From: the human T2T-CHM13v2.0 reference genome, Homo sapiens | Assembly (NCBI RefSeq): GCF_009914755.1 | Contig: NC_060931.1 | DNA: 64,000 bases | Strand: one strand, 5' to 3' | Shown here: piece by piece, positions 1 to 17,416 of the stretch | Layout of the letters: every line of letters starts with the position of its first letter | How positions within the stretch are numbered: position 1 is the first letter of the stretch | Position numbers and translations under genes: made by a program | Notes under the pieces: generated by a model | What the model saw: the letters and a program-made list of their open reading frames with translations, nothing else | Databases searched by the model: none | Told to the model about the DNA's origin: nothing

Positions 1-125
1 CACTGAGATGGTCCAAGGAAAGTAACTTCTGTCTGTTATGTTTGTACAACTTAGACTTTAAAGTATTTATTGCAACATTGTCCCATTCTTGTGAAGTTAA
101 AGTTATCTCTTCTTTTGGATCTCAG

Positions 126-243
126 ATCATTCATAATTTCATAAGACGGATCCAGACCAAAATTAAAGATCTTCTGCAGCAAATGGAAGAAGGGCTGAAG
201 ACAGCTGATCCCCATGACTGCTCTGCTTATACTGGCTGGACAG
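126..243 (+). CDS. LANCL2: LANCL2 coding exon 2 (IIHNFIRRIQ...SAYTGWTG)
   Basis: ctcag| acceptor, G|gtgagg donor; 118 nt, phase 0 to 1; peptide recognised as LANCL2. Confidence 0.97.
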
Positions 244-285
244 GTGAGGCTGTGGGGTCTAAATCACTGATACATTTTATTCTTA

Positions 286-980
<695 letters not shown>

Positions 981-1582
981 GATTTTATACCTTTTAATTG
1001 AGGTCTTGCTCTATGTCTTCAATGATGAGATGATTTGGAATTTTATTTCTAAAGAAATGCTTTCTTCCTGAAGTTTGAACTTTAATATCTAGTGTGTCTT
1101 TTTTTTATAACATTATTTATTTAACCTAATATATAGCTGTCTATGAAAATGTGTAACTATTAAGAGCAAACTTTCCCTAGGGTCAGTTTTAAAGGATTCT
1201 TTGCTGCTCTGGTCATTGTGACAGGCTGTGGTGAGTGGTCTCTCTGTTCTGTGATATAAACTAACTACCCTACTGCCTGTACTCATTTGACTCATTTGTG
1301 CACATAAATGTTTTTATTTTTATTTTAATGATAACAACCAATAATACACTTCACATCAAAAAATGTAATTGAAAAATTAACTTGCCTTAACTAATCTTTG
1401 CATTCTTATTATTTTACCCAGTATTCAGAACATTCTAATAATTATTCGGGGAATATAAAGGATATAAAAGATAACCTTGTTCTCAGGGATTAGACTGAAG
1501 TCCAAATTGCTAATGACAATTTATATACAGATTTAGAGTGATTTCTTGCTGAATTCTTGTAGCTTAATTAATAAACAGCATA

Positions 1583-1900
1583 GGCCAGGTGCGGTGGCTC
1601 AAGCCTGTAATCCAAAGCACTTTGGGAGGCCAAAGACGGCAGATCACTTGAGCTCAGGAGTTCAAGACCAGCCTGGGCAACATGGCAAAACCTGTCTCTA
1701 CTAAAAATACGAAAATTAGCTGGGCATAGTGGCATGGGCCTATAGTCCCAGCTACTGGGAACGCTGAAGCAGGAGAATCAATTGAGCCCAGAGGCGGAGG
1801 TTGTAGTGAGCTGAGATCACATCATTACACTCCAGTCTGGGCAACAGGAGTGAGACCCTGTCTCAAAAAGAAAAAAACAAGCAAACCAAAAACCAAAAAA
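1583..1900 (+). mobile_element. Alu (J/S)
   Basis: Full dimer; TSD aaacagcatag. Confidence 0.93.
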
Positions 1901-2339
1901 AAACAGCATAGACAGAGATATACATGTTAGAGCCACCATGAACCAAACATGGGCCCTTGATAATATTGTATTTGTATTTATATTTACATTCATTTTTGTG
2001 AATATTGTATTTATATTTACATTCGTTTTTGTGATGCTTATTATTTGCCTATTATGCATGCAACATTTACATAGTGACATTACATATTTCAAACTTATAA
2101 ACTTACTTCAAACTTCACACTTATAAACCCAGACAGACATGGAGCCAGTTCACTTACAGGACCAAAGATATCTTAAATGTAATAAAATTAGATAATTGTG
2201 GCTAACCTGAAGTAAAATACAAAGAATAAGGATATTTTGGAAGGAAAATAACATAGCTATTAGTCTCAACGGGTTTCCCCTAACAAGCCTTTTATTTACA
2301 GCTTTTTCGCTTGTTGAGAAAGGGTTTCTAAACCCCTGA

Positions 2340-2490
2340 TCGTTAGGTTCCAAACTGGCTATGCATCACAATTACCAAGAGAGCTTTGTAAGAAACCACA
2401 GTTCTCAGCCTCCAGCCCAGAAGAGTTACATTAGGAACTCTAGAGGTGGGTTCCAGAAATCAGTATTGCTTAAAAATCCCTAGCCATTGC
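2340..2490. mobile_element. MER5-like hAT-Charlie fragment
   Basis: Degenerate resemblance to recalled MER5 consensus. Confidence 0.4.
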
Positions 2491-2622
2491 TGTCTTTAGG
2501 AATCATCATGGAAGTATTTGGTTTCAGTGATTTAAAATAATAGGGTTTAGGGGTTCAGGTAGATGTATGGAATCCACCTAGATCCATACCTCCCCTAAAC
2601 TGTGTATACGATATAGGAAGAA

Positions 2623-2900
2623 GGCTGGGCACAGTGGCTCACACCTGTAATCCCAGCACTTTGGGAGATGGAGGTGGGAGGATGGTTTGAGGCCAGGAGT
2701 TTGAGACCAGCCTGGGCAACATAACAAGACCCCATCTCTAAAATTAGCTGGGCACAGTGGTAAACACCTGTAGTGCCAACTACTCAGGAGGCTGAGGCAG
2801 GAGGATGGCTCAAGCCCAGGAGGTCGAGGCTGCAGTGAGCCATGATTACACTGCTGCACTCCAGCCTGGGTGACAGAGTGAGACCCTGTCTCAACAAAAG
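2623..2900 (+). mobile_element. AluJ-like
   Basis: Alu dimer with J-type positions. Confidence 0.92.
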
Positions 2901-3969
2901 AAGAAGAAGAATGAATGAAGCACCCACAACTTATCCCTTTAGCAAAACTTTGAGACAGAAAACACACAAGTCATGTTGGGTAAAAAACAAGCAGCATCCA
3001 GAACAAGTGTGGAGAGCCATGGTGTGCAAAGAGGAAGCCCAGGGTCCAGGCATGGCTGAATCACTCCGACCCCACCCACCCTCCCAGAATCAGCAAATAG
3101 CTATTCCAGGCAGAGTGGGCCACAGCCTCAGTGGGAACTTCTGTGGGCACATCTGAGTGCAGAGCGGGCAGGCGGTGTGCCAGGAGAAGCTGGGAATAAA
3201 GGCATGGAAAGTGCACAGGGAATGGGGTTGGAGAGCTGTAGAACAGGCATGGCTTGCGGAGAAGCAGGTTTAGCTTGCAAGGTGGAGCGGCATCCTTGCT
3301 GGCCCCCGCTGACAGTGTAGGGAAGGAAGGAAGCAGTAGCAGTGGGCACTCCTGATACAAGGAAGGGTCTGAGAGTCAGGAAATCTGGCCACCAGACTCC
3401 CTGTATGTAACATACACTGTTCTTCACTTAGCAAGAGGACACTGTTGGGATAAAAGTTGGGAAAGCTACATTAACCATTTTCCCCTTCCAGGGATTTGTC
3501 CTATTAATAGTTGATATAGAAAAATTCAATTTTAAGAAAAAATATAATTATTTTATCCATAATATAAAGAAGAAAAATAAAAATTTCTCAGTGGAGGGAG
3601 AAAAACGCACCAGGAAAATGTCACTACAAAGTGGAGAAAAATTGGCAGTACTTTCAACATTCATTTTGTAACTTAGTTAAGCAGTGAGTTCACAAAGCGG
3701 AGGTAAAGACATTCAGAGCAGAGATGGCTAGACAGTAAGAGCATGTGAAATAAGAATTGACAGACTAAGAAAAGAAATTTAAAGAAAAGATAAAAAATCA
3801 TTTCAGAAATGAAACCAAAGCGCAAGGAGCCAAAGAAAGAGCTGATCCCACAGAGAGCACCGGGGCAGAGTGTCCTTGTGTCTAGGAAGGGTGTCATAAA
3901 TGTTTGCTTAATAAATAAGTGACTAAATGAAACTATCAAGGAAAAAAATCAAAGAGAAAGAAAGATAAA

Positions 3970-5040
3970 GAGAGACTTCAGTTTTCCAGTCTAGCATATA
4001 AAGAGTTTACAAGTCACCATTGCATCCTAGCAACTAAAAAGCTGAACAAAGTGAAAACTAAACAGCTCTTCTTAGCTCCATCAGAGAAGTGAGGTCACAG
4101 GGGCAAACTGCTCCACCAAAAACTGGCGAAACAGGTGGATGCCGAGAATTACAGTCATGCATCGCTTCACATCATGGATGAGTTCTGAGAAACGCATCAT
4201 TGAGCAGTTTCATTGTGCAGATATAGAGGTGCTCACACACACCTAGATTGTGTAGCCAACTACACCCCTGTGCTCTGTGAGATAGCCTGTTGCTCCTAGG
4301 CTGCAAAGCTGTACAGCATTACTGCACTGAATACTGTAGCAATTGTAACACAATGGTGTTTTTGTATCTAAACATAGATATAGAAAAGGTACAGTAAAAA
4401 TATGGTATTATGATTACGATCTTATGGGACTATGCCTATGCAGTTTATTGTTGACCTAAACTTTAAATATGAATTGTGGGGGCTCAGTGTGGGCAAGCCA
4501 GAGAGACTAAAAACTCAATGGGGACCCAGTCATAGGGGGCTCTCACACTTTTGTGAACTTTACCTCTAGGAGCTCCACCAGGTCTTCATGGTGAGTATCA
4601 GAGACAACTCCCCTCATGCTTCTCATAGGTTCGGGGGAAGGAACCATACTGAATTCCATCAGAGCCTTCAGTTCTTGACAAGCCCTGCCCTCTGGAGAAA
4701 TTGCTTCACCGGAGCCTCTCCTGCAAAGGGTTTATCGCAGCCCCGCCTACCCGGAGCAAGGGAGATGCCTAGCTCCAGCTGGTTCTAGCTTTCAGCATTG
4801 GGGAAGGGAGATGATCAGCTGCAGCTTCTGCTGGCCATCCTGGCCAACTGAGGGCGTGGGGATGGGAGGCACTGGTGCAGTTCACAGTCCAAAGGCACAG
4901 GCTGGCCAGAAGGTTGAGCCTGCTCACAGGCGCGTGCTCCCCAGCACCTCCCACCACATCCCTAAGGGCCTGTTCATTCCAGCTCCTTTTACCTAGTGCA
5001 ACGTGTCCGCCTGCCAACAAAAAACGACAAAGCATGATGA
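3970..5040 (+). mobile_element. Old L1 (L1M) 5' region interrupted by a Tigger3 element
   Basis: Resembles recalled L1M 5'UTR sequence. Confidence 0.4.
4152..4465. mobile_element. Tigger3a/b-like DNA transposon (TcMar-Tigger)
   Basis: ta|cagtcatgc terminus; internal ...cctaggctgcaaagctgtacagca...gaatactgtag motif. Confidence 0.75.
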
Positions 5041-5512
5041 CCTTTTTTTTTTTACTTTACCTGTTACCATTTGCTTTAAAATACTGAAGCATTAAGTATA
5101 TATAACTGTAAGTTTTTAGGTTCATAGGTTAATCAGATCAACATCCTATTTTTAGAGATTTCTGAGTAAATCAGGGAATACTCATTTGTAAGCCTTTATA
5201 GTGATTATTATGTTTGAAATTTGTAAGTATTTAACTTTTACTGTCTGTTTCCTGTATGCTTATATTTTTTGAATACAGAAAACATGCTCTCAGGGAGATG
5301 ATAAGCAACTCATGCTGAAGAATTTTTTTTTCAGAGCTTCCAAATATTCTACTTTCATATCCGTTTGACTCAACATCTTTAAAGAAATGGATAATGATGA
5401 AAGACTTCAAAAAGTGTTAAGGATTAATTTGAAAGAGAAGTTATATACCCTGAATAGAAAAATTGAAGAAAGAAGAAGCTAGATATTTGGAGAAATTTAA
5501 AAAGCAAAATGA

Positions 5513-5846
<334 letters not shown>

Positions 5847-6756
5847 TTATTAGACAAAGACTAGAATATTGAAGAACCTCAACTTAAACATGAAAGAAAT
5901 ATTTCATTTGCCCTTTTCACCAGCATGTCATCTCTGTCAATGTTGGTTCCTATAAAAGACTTCAGTAAATACATATTTATACTGATTCTTTTTTTTTTTT
6001 TTTTTTTTTTTACTTAGCTGTCATATTGTCTTCTCGAACCCAGATGTAAGGACATGCTTCTTTAAGAAGCCATATAGGCCCTTCTTTGGAGATTCTCAGA
6101 TTCATTTGAAGACCTGAGTCTGTTCTTTATCTAGAATGGAAAGGTTGGTGGGTGGTGAACCACACACGCCCTTTGTACTGATCACCTTACTCTGTACTGT
6201 GTGGCTGCTCCAGAAATGGCGAGTTCACTCACCAGTTCATTGGTCAGTTGTAGGGTTGTTCACTAAAGAACATTGAAAAATTGGGAAAAATAGAAAAAAA
6301 AATAGGAAGAAGGGAGTATAAAGTTCAGAAAAGCAATCATTTGGGATAACATAGGAGAAATGATTTTACAATAAGTAAAAAGAAGAAGATCCAAGTTAGG
6401 ATCTACAAGGGAGAATGAATACAACCTTGGAATGAATGAAAATTAACTGAGGATGAGTAGGAAGTGATGTATCTTCTGTTGTCTGTGAATAAGAGGTATT
6501 AAATCACTGTGCCAGGACAAGCACCAAGATAACATGTACAAACATGGTTTCTGTTCTTTCCTCCCTGATTTCTCTGTCTTGGTTTTATTTTGTTTATTCA
6601 TTTTTAAGAAATATATGAAATGTATTGTTTTGGTGTTACCCGTTTGGAAACATAGATTTATGTAGAAGAAGGTATTTCATGTAATTATAAATAATGTCCT
6701 GAAGATAAAAGGAAAAGATAATAATGCTTTTCTTTTGGGGTGGGAAATTATTCCAG

Positions 6757-6964
6757 GCATAGCCCTTTTGTACCTGCAGTTGTACCGGGTCACATGTGAC
6801 CAAACCTACCTGCTCCGATCCCTGGATTACGTAAAAAGAACACTTCGGAATCTGAATGGCCGCAGGGTCACCTTCCTCTGTGGGGATGCTGGCCCCCTGG
6901 CTGTTGGAGCTGTGATTTATCACAAACTCAGAAGTGACTGTGAGTCCCAGGAATGTGTCACAAA
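6757..6964 (+). CDS. LANCL2: LANCL2 coding exon 3 (GIALLYLQL...TFLCGDAG...ECVTK)
   Basis: ttccag| acceptor, AA|gtgagt donor; 208 nt, phase 1 to 2; LanC GxxG repeat motifs. Confidence 0.97.
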
Positions 6965-7460
6965 GTGAGTTTTAGAACTGGAAACATTTTCTCCCAATTC
7001 CCAGTGGAAGCGCTTGCTGTAGAAAGATATTCAGAAAGGAAACTATTTTTCCATTCATCCATTGTTGTAAACAGATCACTCCAAAATGTTAATCTTGAGC
7101 ATAGTGGTGGGATCATATGCCCTCTTTTTATCCAAGCATGTGTGTGCCTTAATTTTGGGAAGAATAAATATATTTCCTTATTTTAACCATGTTTCCTAAG
7201 CAATTTTTTGTTTTCTTCAATGCATGAAAATTAGCTTACCTGCTTTAGATTCACCATAATAACTAAACTGATGTTAGGTTCAACCCTTAAGTAACTGATT
7301 AGATATGCTAATGATGGAACAATTAGGGAATGTAAGCTTTTATTGCACCTATTGGTTTACGTTCTTCCTTGAAGAAGCAGAAATCACGGTTCATTCCTAG
7401 GGTCTGGTAGAGTATCTGGCACGTGCTAGTCAGTTAATGTTTGTTGAAAGATAGGATGAC

Positions 7461-7633
7461 GCTGGGTATAGTGGCATGTGCTTGTAGTTCCATTAACTTG
7501 GGAGGCTGAGGCAGGAGGATCACTTGAGCTCAGGAGTTCAAGGCTGCGGTGAGCCATCATCCTGTCACTGCACACCAGCCAGGGCAACAGAGCAAGACCC
7601 TGTCTCTAAAGAAAAAGAAAGAAAAAAAAAAAA
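7461..7633 (+). mobile_element. Alu right monomer (FRAM or truncated AluJ)
   Basis: Single arm with A-rich tail. Confidence 0.85.
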
Positions 7634-7643
7634 GACAGAATGA

Positions 7644-8003
<360 letters not shown>

Positions 8004-8292
8004 TAAATCACTTTCTTTTACTTCTGGATTTCAAAATAAAATTTTATGGTTTAAAATAGATGTAAAGGTAGAAATTAACAGAAAGATGTTTTGTTTTTAA
8101 TTTTGACATTCAAAAGGGGACTAGTAAACTGGAGACGTTTTTGTTGTGTTCTGGATTTGGGAGTATTTTTAAAAATAATTGTTTTAAATGTAAAATAAAT
8201 AATAGGTAATTCCTAAAGCAACAGGGTTAGTGTTTCAGGAAGAAGTACTTTAGACTTCCACTGGGAAAAAATTAATTTTTCTTATTGGTTAG

Positions 8293-8440
8293 ACTTTTGC
8301 AGCTCCAGAGATCGGTTGTCTGCCAAGAATCAGACCTTCCTGATGAGCTGCTTTATGGACGGGCAGGTTATCTGTATGCCTTACTGTACCTGAACACAGA
8401 GATAGGTCCAGGCACCGTGTGTGAGTCAGCTATTAAAGAG
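8293..8440 (+). CDS. LANCL2: LANCL2 coding exon 4 (LLQLQRS...DELLYGRAGYL...AIKE)
   Basis: ttag| acceptor, GAG|gtacta donor; 148 nt, phase 2 to 0. Confidence 0.96.
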
Positions 8441-9509
8441 GTACTATGGGGTATGGGTAACTATGGGCGTCTCTACCATTCAAACCTATTTGCTAGCATT
8501 GAGTTGTATTAACAGCTGGACTTTACTTCTAGGTAGCATTACTTTTTTAAAGCAACTCATCAAAAGTAAGAAATAGTCCCTGCTTTTTTCTAGGAACATT
8601 AACAAAAAAAATCTGTACTCTCTTTCATCTTGTATTAATTTATCAGTTTTTACTGGAGCTAAACAGCAGCAGCTTCAGAAAGTTAGAATGTTTATTTATC
8701 TTTCGTGAGATGTCTCAGCTGGTAAGCATTTCAGGCTGGTATGAGTGGGGACCAGCTTCTTCTGTCTCATTCTGCCTTATCCTAGGGGCATACCCTTATT
8801 TGCAGGACCAAGGCTAGTTTAGCCCCTCAGCCTATGAAGGGAAAAGAGGAGGTGGAGGCAACGCAGCTTCCTTGTTAGGGACTCAGTCTCCAAGTTGCCC
8901 TCTTTACTTCTGCTCCCATCCCAGTGCCAGAACTTCATCAAGTGTCTGTGTTCAGCTGTCTCTAACTAGGGAGCCAGATGCCCAGCTAAAACTTGGAATA
9001 CTTTCCCAAAAAGGATGAGAGGAGATAGACGTGAGGAAACAGTCATCCCAGACATGATATTCTGTTGATCTAACTGAAATCTTTCATGCCACAGCAGACC
9101 TCATATCATTAGCCTTTTATAAATAAAGCCAGTTCCTCCAGCCTTTCCTGATAGGTGTATGTGCTGCTCTTTTGGGAAAAATACTGCAGCTACGAAGCAA
9201 CTAAGAAATCCAAAACAGTTTTATAAGAAGTTTTTCTAGATTTTTCGTTGACTTTTTATGCAAAGAATTTTTTATTTCTTAGACAGTATCTTTTCCTACT
9301 CTGACATTGGCTCCTGATTTCTTTTTGCCTGCATTTATTAATTTATAAAATAAATATAACTATATTAGCTGCTAACTGCTTAAAGACTTTTAGATTAAGG
9401 CTTCTGCCTCTCTCTATATATATGTCATATATATATGACATACTGTTAATTAGACTACAACAGGGTACATATACAGTTTTAGATTTATGCTGTCTTGTTA
9501 TCTCTGTAG

Positions 9510-9656
9510 GTAGTCAATGCTATTATTGAATCGGGTAAGACTTTGTCAAGGGAAGAAAGAAAAACGGAGCGCTGCCCGCTGTTGTACCAGTGGCACCGGA
9601 AGCAGTACGTTGGAGCAGCCCATGGCATGGCTGGAATTTACTATATGTTAATGCAG
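9510..9656 (+). CDS. LANCL2: LANCL2 coding exon 5 (VVNAIIESGK...YVGAAHGMAGIYYMLMQ); not in the ORF track
   Basis: Manual translation; tctctgtag| acceptor, CAG|gtaggt donor; 147 nt, phase 0 to 0; conserved LanC GxAHG motif. Confidence 0.96.
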
Positions 9657-9853
9657 GTAGGTAAGAATACTCTTACACACTACAGTATATTTGATCAAAC
9701 ATGAAATGGGAAATGAATCCTGCATATAAACAAAGCAGTCTGGATTGAAATACCCTACTTTGAATCGCTGATGCGTAACTCTGCCACATAAACCACAGGC
9801 AGTGGATTTCTAAGAGTCCAGTGAGTTCCTGAGTACATTTGGTATGGAGTCTT

Positions 9854-12193
<2,340 letters not shown>

Positions 12194-12547
12194 TTGCCCA
12201 CCCTTTTCTTCTGTGCTTGTCTTCCTGTTAATTGCAGTAGGAACTCTTAATGGGGAAAAATCTTCAGGGAGCAACAGGGCCTGCAGAACCCAACTGAGGC
12301 AGAGACTTTGTCATGTCCTGATAACTTTGCTTGCTGTCAGTTGTCTTCTGTGCTTTTGATGAGTTTATTGCTGTGGTTATGATCTTGTCTCTCAAACATC
12401 CCTGACAACGATAGAGTACTGACTCTTCTATCAGGCCAGTAGAGACCCCATAACTAAACATTGCTTCAGGCTGTGCTTGGCTTGAGCATAAGCCTAGGGC
12501 TTCAGCCTAGCCTGTGGCCTAAGTTCTCTTCCCTGCCAAGCGCACAG

Positions 12548-12650
12548 CCGCCTCTGCCACCGCCTCCTCCTCCTTCTTCTCCTCCTCCTCCCTCCTCTAC
12601 CTTTCTTCCTGCCCACTGTTCTCCTCCTCCTCCTTCTTTCTTCTTCTTTT
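12548..12650. repeat. (CCT)n / CT-rich low-complexity tract
   Basis: Imperfect CCT/CTT triplets. Confidence 0.85.
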
Positions 12651-12926
12651 AAATTTAAGCTTTCTTTATTCTGCAAAACTACAAAACTAGTAAGTCAAAG
12701 GATATGGATTAGAATTTAGATATCTTAGACTGGAAAACCTATATATTACTTTTTAAAATTTTACTTCAGATTCTTTTTATGTCTAACCTACTGCCTCATG
12801 TTCTCACTCACTAAAGGAAACCAGGAAATTCATACCTACACAGGATTAAAACTTTTTCTAGTTATTGTCTTTGTTTATTGTTGTTGAAAGTAAAACATGC
12901 ATATATGCATATAGTTCATTTTGTGA

Positions 12927-13218
<292 letters not shown>

Positions 13219-13322
13219 TTGTGAATTTTCTTCATGATGCAGGTACATGCTTTCAAAGTAACCAGAATTCCATACCTCATTTAAAAATGGCACTGTTATT
13301 TTGAACAGTTAGATTTTGTGTA

Positions 13323-13766
13323 TGTGTTAGGGTTCTCCAGAGAAACAACCAATAGGAGATAAATATTATATATGAGATGGGATTTCTTAAAGGAATTGGC
13401 TCACGCAACCATGGAGTCCCAGAAGCCCCATCATCTGTCATCTACAGTCCTAAGACCTGGGAATGCCAGGGCTGTAACTCCACTCCGAGTCAGAAGACTG
13501 AGACCCAGGGGAGCCAAATCCCAGTCCAAGGGCAGGAGGAGACTGTTGCCCTGGTTGAAGCCGGCAGGCAGGAAGGAACAGATGTTTTCTTTCTCTGCCT
13601 TTGGTTCTGTTCAGGCCTTGGAGGGACTGGATGAGGTGCACCCACTTTGGGGAGGGCCATCTGCCTGACTGAGTCCACACCGTTCAATGCTAATCTCAAC
13701 TGGAAACACCTTTAGAGACACACCCAGACACCATGTTTAATTTGACACATAAAATTATCTATCATA
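13323..13766 (-). mobile_element. MLT2 (ERVL) LTR
   Basis: ttagggttctccagagaaaca...aggaattggctcac...ttgacacataaaatta, typical of MLT2B. Confidence 0.8.
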
Positions 13767-13815
13767 GTGTATTCTGTATTTTCCCGGGAAAATGTTTTAA
13801 CAGTGGTTCAGGAAC

Positions 13816-13979
13816 TTTTTTTTTTTTTTTTTTTTGGGACAGGGTCTCACTTTTGCCCAAGCTAGAGTGCAGTGACACAATCTCTGCCTACTGCAAACTC
13901 CATCTCCCGGGTTTAAGTGATTCTCCTGCAGCCCCACGAGTGTGCTGGGATTACAGGCGTCCACCACCATGCCTGGCCG
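13816..13979 (-). mobile_element. 5'-truncated Alu (right arm)
   Basis: Poly-T and right monomer; flanking ggaacttttttt direct repeat. Confidence 0.88.
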
Positions 13980-14289
13980 GAACTTTTTTTTTTTTAATGC
14001 TAATTCCCTTAGGGGAACATAGTAATGTAAGAACCATGCCAGTGTCTTTCATGTGTTTAGGCTGATTTTGCTGTATATTATGGACTTCCTTGGGAGGAAT
14101 ACAAATCATAAAATACTCCATTGATCTGCTTTTAAAGTGAGGAACTTGGAACACTATGTAGTAAGTACTTGACTTAGAGATTGAGCCAGGTTTTCTTTCA
14201 AGATTCTTAGGCAGTGGCGTGGTAGAGCCTGCTGGGGAGCTGCCCGCATCTCTTCCCTGCTGCACGGTTCGTGGCTGTTGTCAGTGCAG

Positions 14290-14951
14290 AACTACGATTC
14301 AGAAATGTGGAAAGGAGGGCTTTGTTTCTCATACAGGGTTACAGCCTGCAGCTAATCATACGTAGCCTTGGGCTAGAAGCCAGAAATATTCTGAGGGAGT
14401 GGAAAGGGAGCAGGAACGTATGCCAAGCCAGGTGGCCGAATGTATGTGTCGGTGAGCTGCAGGAGGAGTGGAGTAGTTGCTAGAGAAGTGTGTGCCTGCA
14501 GACTTGGACTTCGTGCTCCTTCTTGAGATCCATGTTCAGAAAATGGTGGCACAAGCGGGATCCAAGGGTAGCATTTTCCACCCTCTGAGTCAAAAGGTGA
14601 AGCAGAGGAACAAAACCCCTCCCTGCATGTCCTTCATAGGCTGGCCAGAGCGTCCCTGGTGCCTTCTCAGGAACAAGTGCTGGCTGCTTGGGTTGTTGAA
14701 GCCACAGAAGATGGGGGAGCAGTCAGGTGGTTGTCGCTGGCAGTGCAGAGTCGGCTGAAAGATCTGGTTCCCGCTTAGCCCTTAGGGCAGAAAGCCTCAT
14801 GGGGTCAGCAGGGGACGGGCAGAGCAGGGTGAGCCCCACCTCTTAGCCTGTCATGACTGGGAGCTTAGCTTCAAGGTTGCCTCAGGCTTCCTTGGCCAAG
14901 AAAGGGTCTGCTCAGTGAGTTGGGGGCTTAGAATTTGGTTCTTATTTCTCA
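14290..14951 (-). mobile_element. Probable ERV1-class solo LTR (MER31-like)
   Basis: Resemblance to recalled LTR consensus; ends in ...tttctca. Confidence 0.35.
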
Positions 14952-15791
14952 TTGTCTAGTAGTTTAGTCATGTAAAAGTGGTAGTTTCAACTGGAGGGTG
15001 TCGTTGGAAGGCTATCAGAACAATATATGCAAAAACTCTTAAAATATCACTTAAAAAGAACTCCACTTTCATGATAGCAGAATAAAAACAGTTCGCCTCT
15101 TGAAAATAATCTCAGAACAACCAGAAAAACAACAAAACAGAAACCGAAGTTCTTTGATGAAGCTAGGGGACATCTGGAGCTCCAGCTGCAAACCTGTGAA
15201 CTGAAGCAGGCAAAAGAATGACAGCTGACCTGCTGGGATGAAAGATGGCGTCAGTGCCCGAGGGGGACGGTGCCCACGAGAAGCAAGTCAGTTTGTTCTA
15301 CAGAACCCCAGAACTCAGGAGGGGAAAGTGCCATGTCCCCAGTAGGCATTGCCATACGTGGGCTTGGGGGACTCTCTGGCACAGGAGGCTTCTTTGAGCA
15401 TGTGCAGTGGTTGGACCTCTGTGAGCACCTGCACCCAGCACAGGGAGGGAACTGCCTATCCTTCAACTCGTGCTGGAGACAAAAGGAGTTAGGTCTGGAA
15501 AAACTGACTAGGCTCTTTTCAATTCAGGAAAGCCAGATGTAGAAGAGAGTTGGAGTGAAGCACAGAACTAAAAATAGGGGGCGAGAGTGAGTGTCCATGG
15601 TCCAGGGTGAGACTGCCTCTCTGTCACCGCCAGCCTCAGGCACCGTCACCTCTCCCTCACCCCAAGGGGCAGCACCACCTCCACCCCACTCGGGGCTTGA
15701 CGTCACTTTTCTGAAGAAACAAGTAGCTCAGATAAAAGTTTCATAAGTACAGGTATTTGAAAGCCCCCATTAAAAAGTTAGTCTGCCATCC

Positions 15792-16185
15792 ATGATGGTT
15801 AATTTTATGTGTCAACTTGACTGAGCCCTGGTGCCCAGACATGTGGTCAGACATTCTGGATGTTTCTTTGAGGGCGTTTTTGAATGAGATTTACATTTAA
15901 GTTGGTGGACTTTGAGTGAAGCCAGCTGCCCCATAGGATGTGAGTGGGCCTTGTCAATCAGTTGAAGGTCTGACTAGAACAAAATGCTGGACCCCCAGGC
16001 AAGAGAGGATTCTCCAGCACTCTGCTTTCAGACTCCAGCTGCAGCTCCTTCCTGAGTCTCCAGCTTGCTGGCCACCCCAGGCAGTTTGTGGACTCATGAA
16101 GCCTCTGCAGCCAGTTCCTTGGAGTGAATCTCTTTCTCTACTTTTACACATCCCGTTGGTCTACTTCTTTGGAGACCCCTGGCAA
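15792..16185 (+). mobile_element. MLT2 (ERVL) LTR
   Basis: tgatggttaattttatgtgtcaacttgac start; ...ttctttggagaccct end. Confidence 0.8.
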
Positions 16186-16709
16186 TCCCCCATCCAGCCA
16201 CTCCACAGTGATTCCCACCGTTCCGCAGCCCCTCCGGTGCACTGAGGACAGCGAGGAGCTGTGCCTTATGCGTGAGCACAGACCAGTAGCCGATGAGCGG
16301 ACATGGCAGAAAAGCCCCAGCTTGAAAGATGGAGACCTGAACAAGTAGAAATAAAAACAAAGAGAAAGCAGGAAGTGGAAGAAAGCTTCGAATAAATAAT
16401 AATTCATAATTAATATCCTCAGGGAAATAAGAGAAGCTGTTGCATCCAAGAAACAAACATTTGAGGGAAAAAGAGAGCTCTTGAAAATAAAATATATAAT
16501 AGCTGAATTTTTAATAAGTTCATGAAAATGGGAAGCAAAGTCACATATCTTAGAAAGCAGGCAGAAATAGACAATGGGAGAGGAAAACGTAAGAAAGAGG
16601 ATTAATCCAGGAGGTTCAGCATGTGACTAGTGGGAGACCTAGTGAGGGAGAACACACAATAGGAGGGAGGAAAATAACACAAAAATATGCTCTAGAAATG
16701 AGGGACATA

Positions 16710-17088
<379 letters not shown>

Positions 17089-17141
17089 TCATGCCCGTTA
17101 TTGTGAAAGCTTAAGATAAAGGGATAAAGAGACAATGCTTA

Positions 17142-17336
<195 letters not shown>

Positions 17337-17416
17337 TTAGGTACAAAGTCCAAAAATGACATTGGACTTTGCAACAGTTTCATTGAAGCTAAAAGATAAA
17401 TGGAAATGATTTCCAA

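Noticed and set aside
12357-12422. Possible C/D-box snoRNA (TGATGA...CTGA...CTGA)
   Set aside because: The C box lacks the leading purine, there is no terminal stem, and I recognise no rRNA or snRNA guide complementarity.
13323-16185. Two MLT2 LTRs as the ends of one provirus
   Set aside because: They are in opposite orientation, appear to be different subfamilies, and have no ERVL internal sequence between them.
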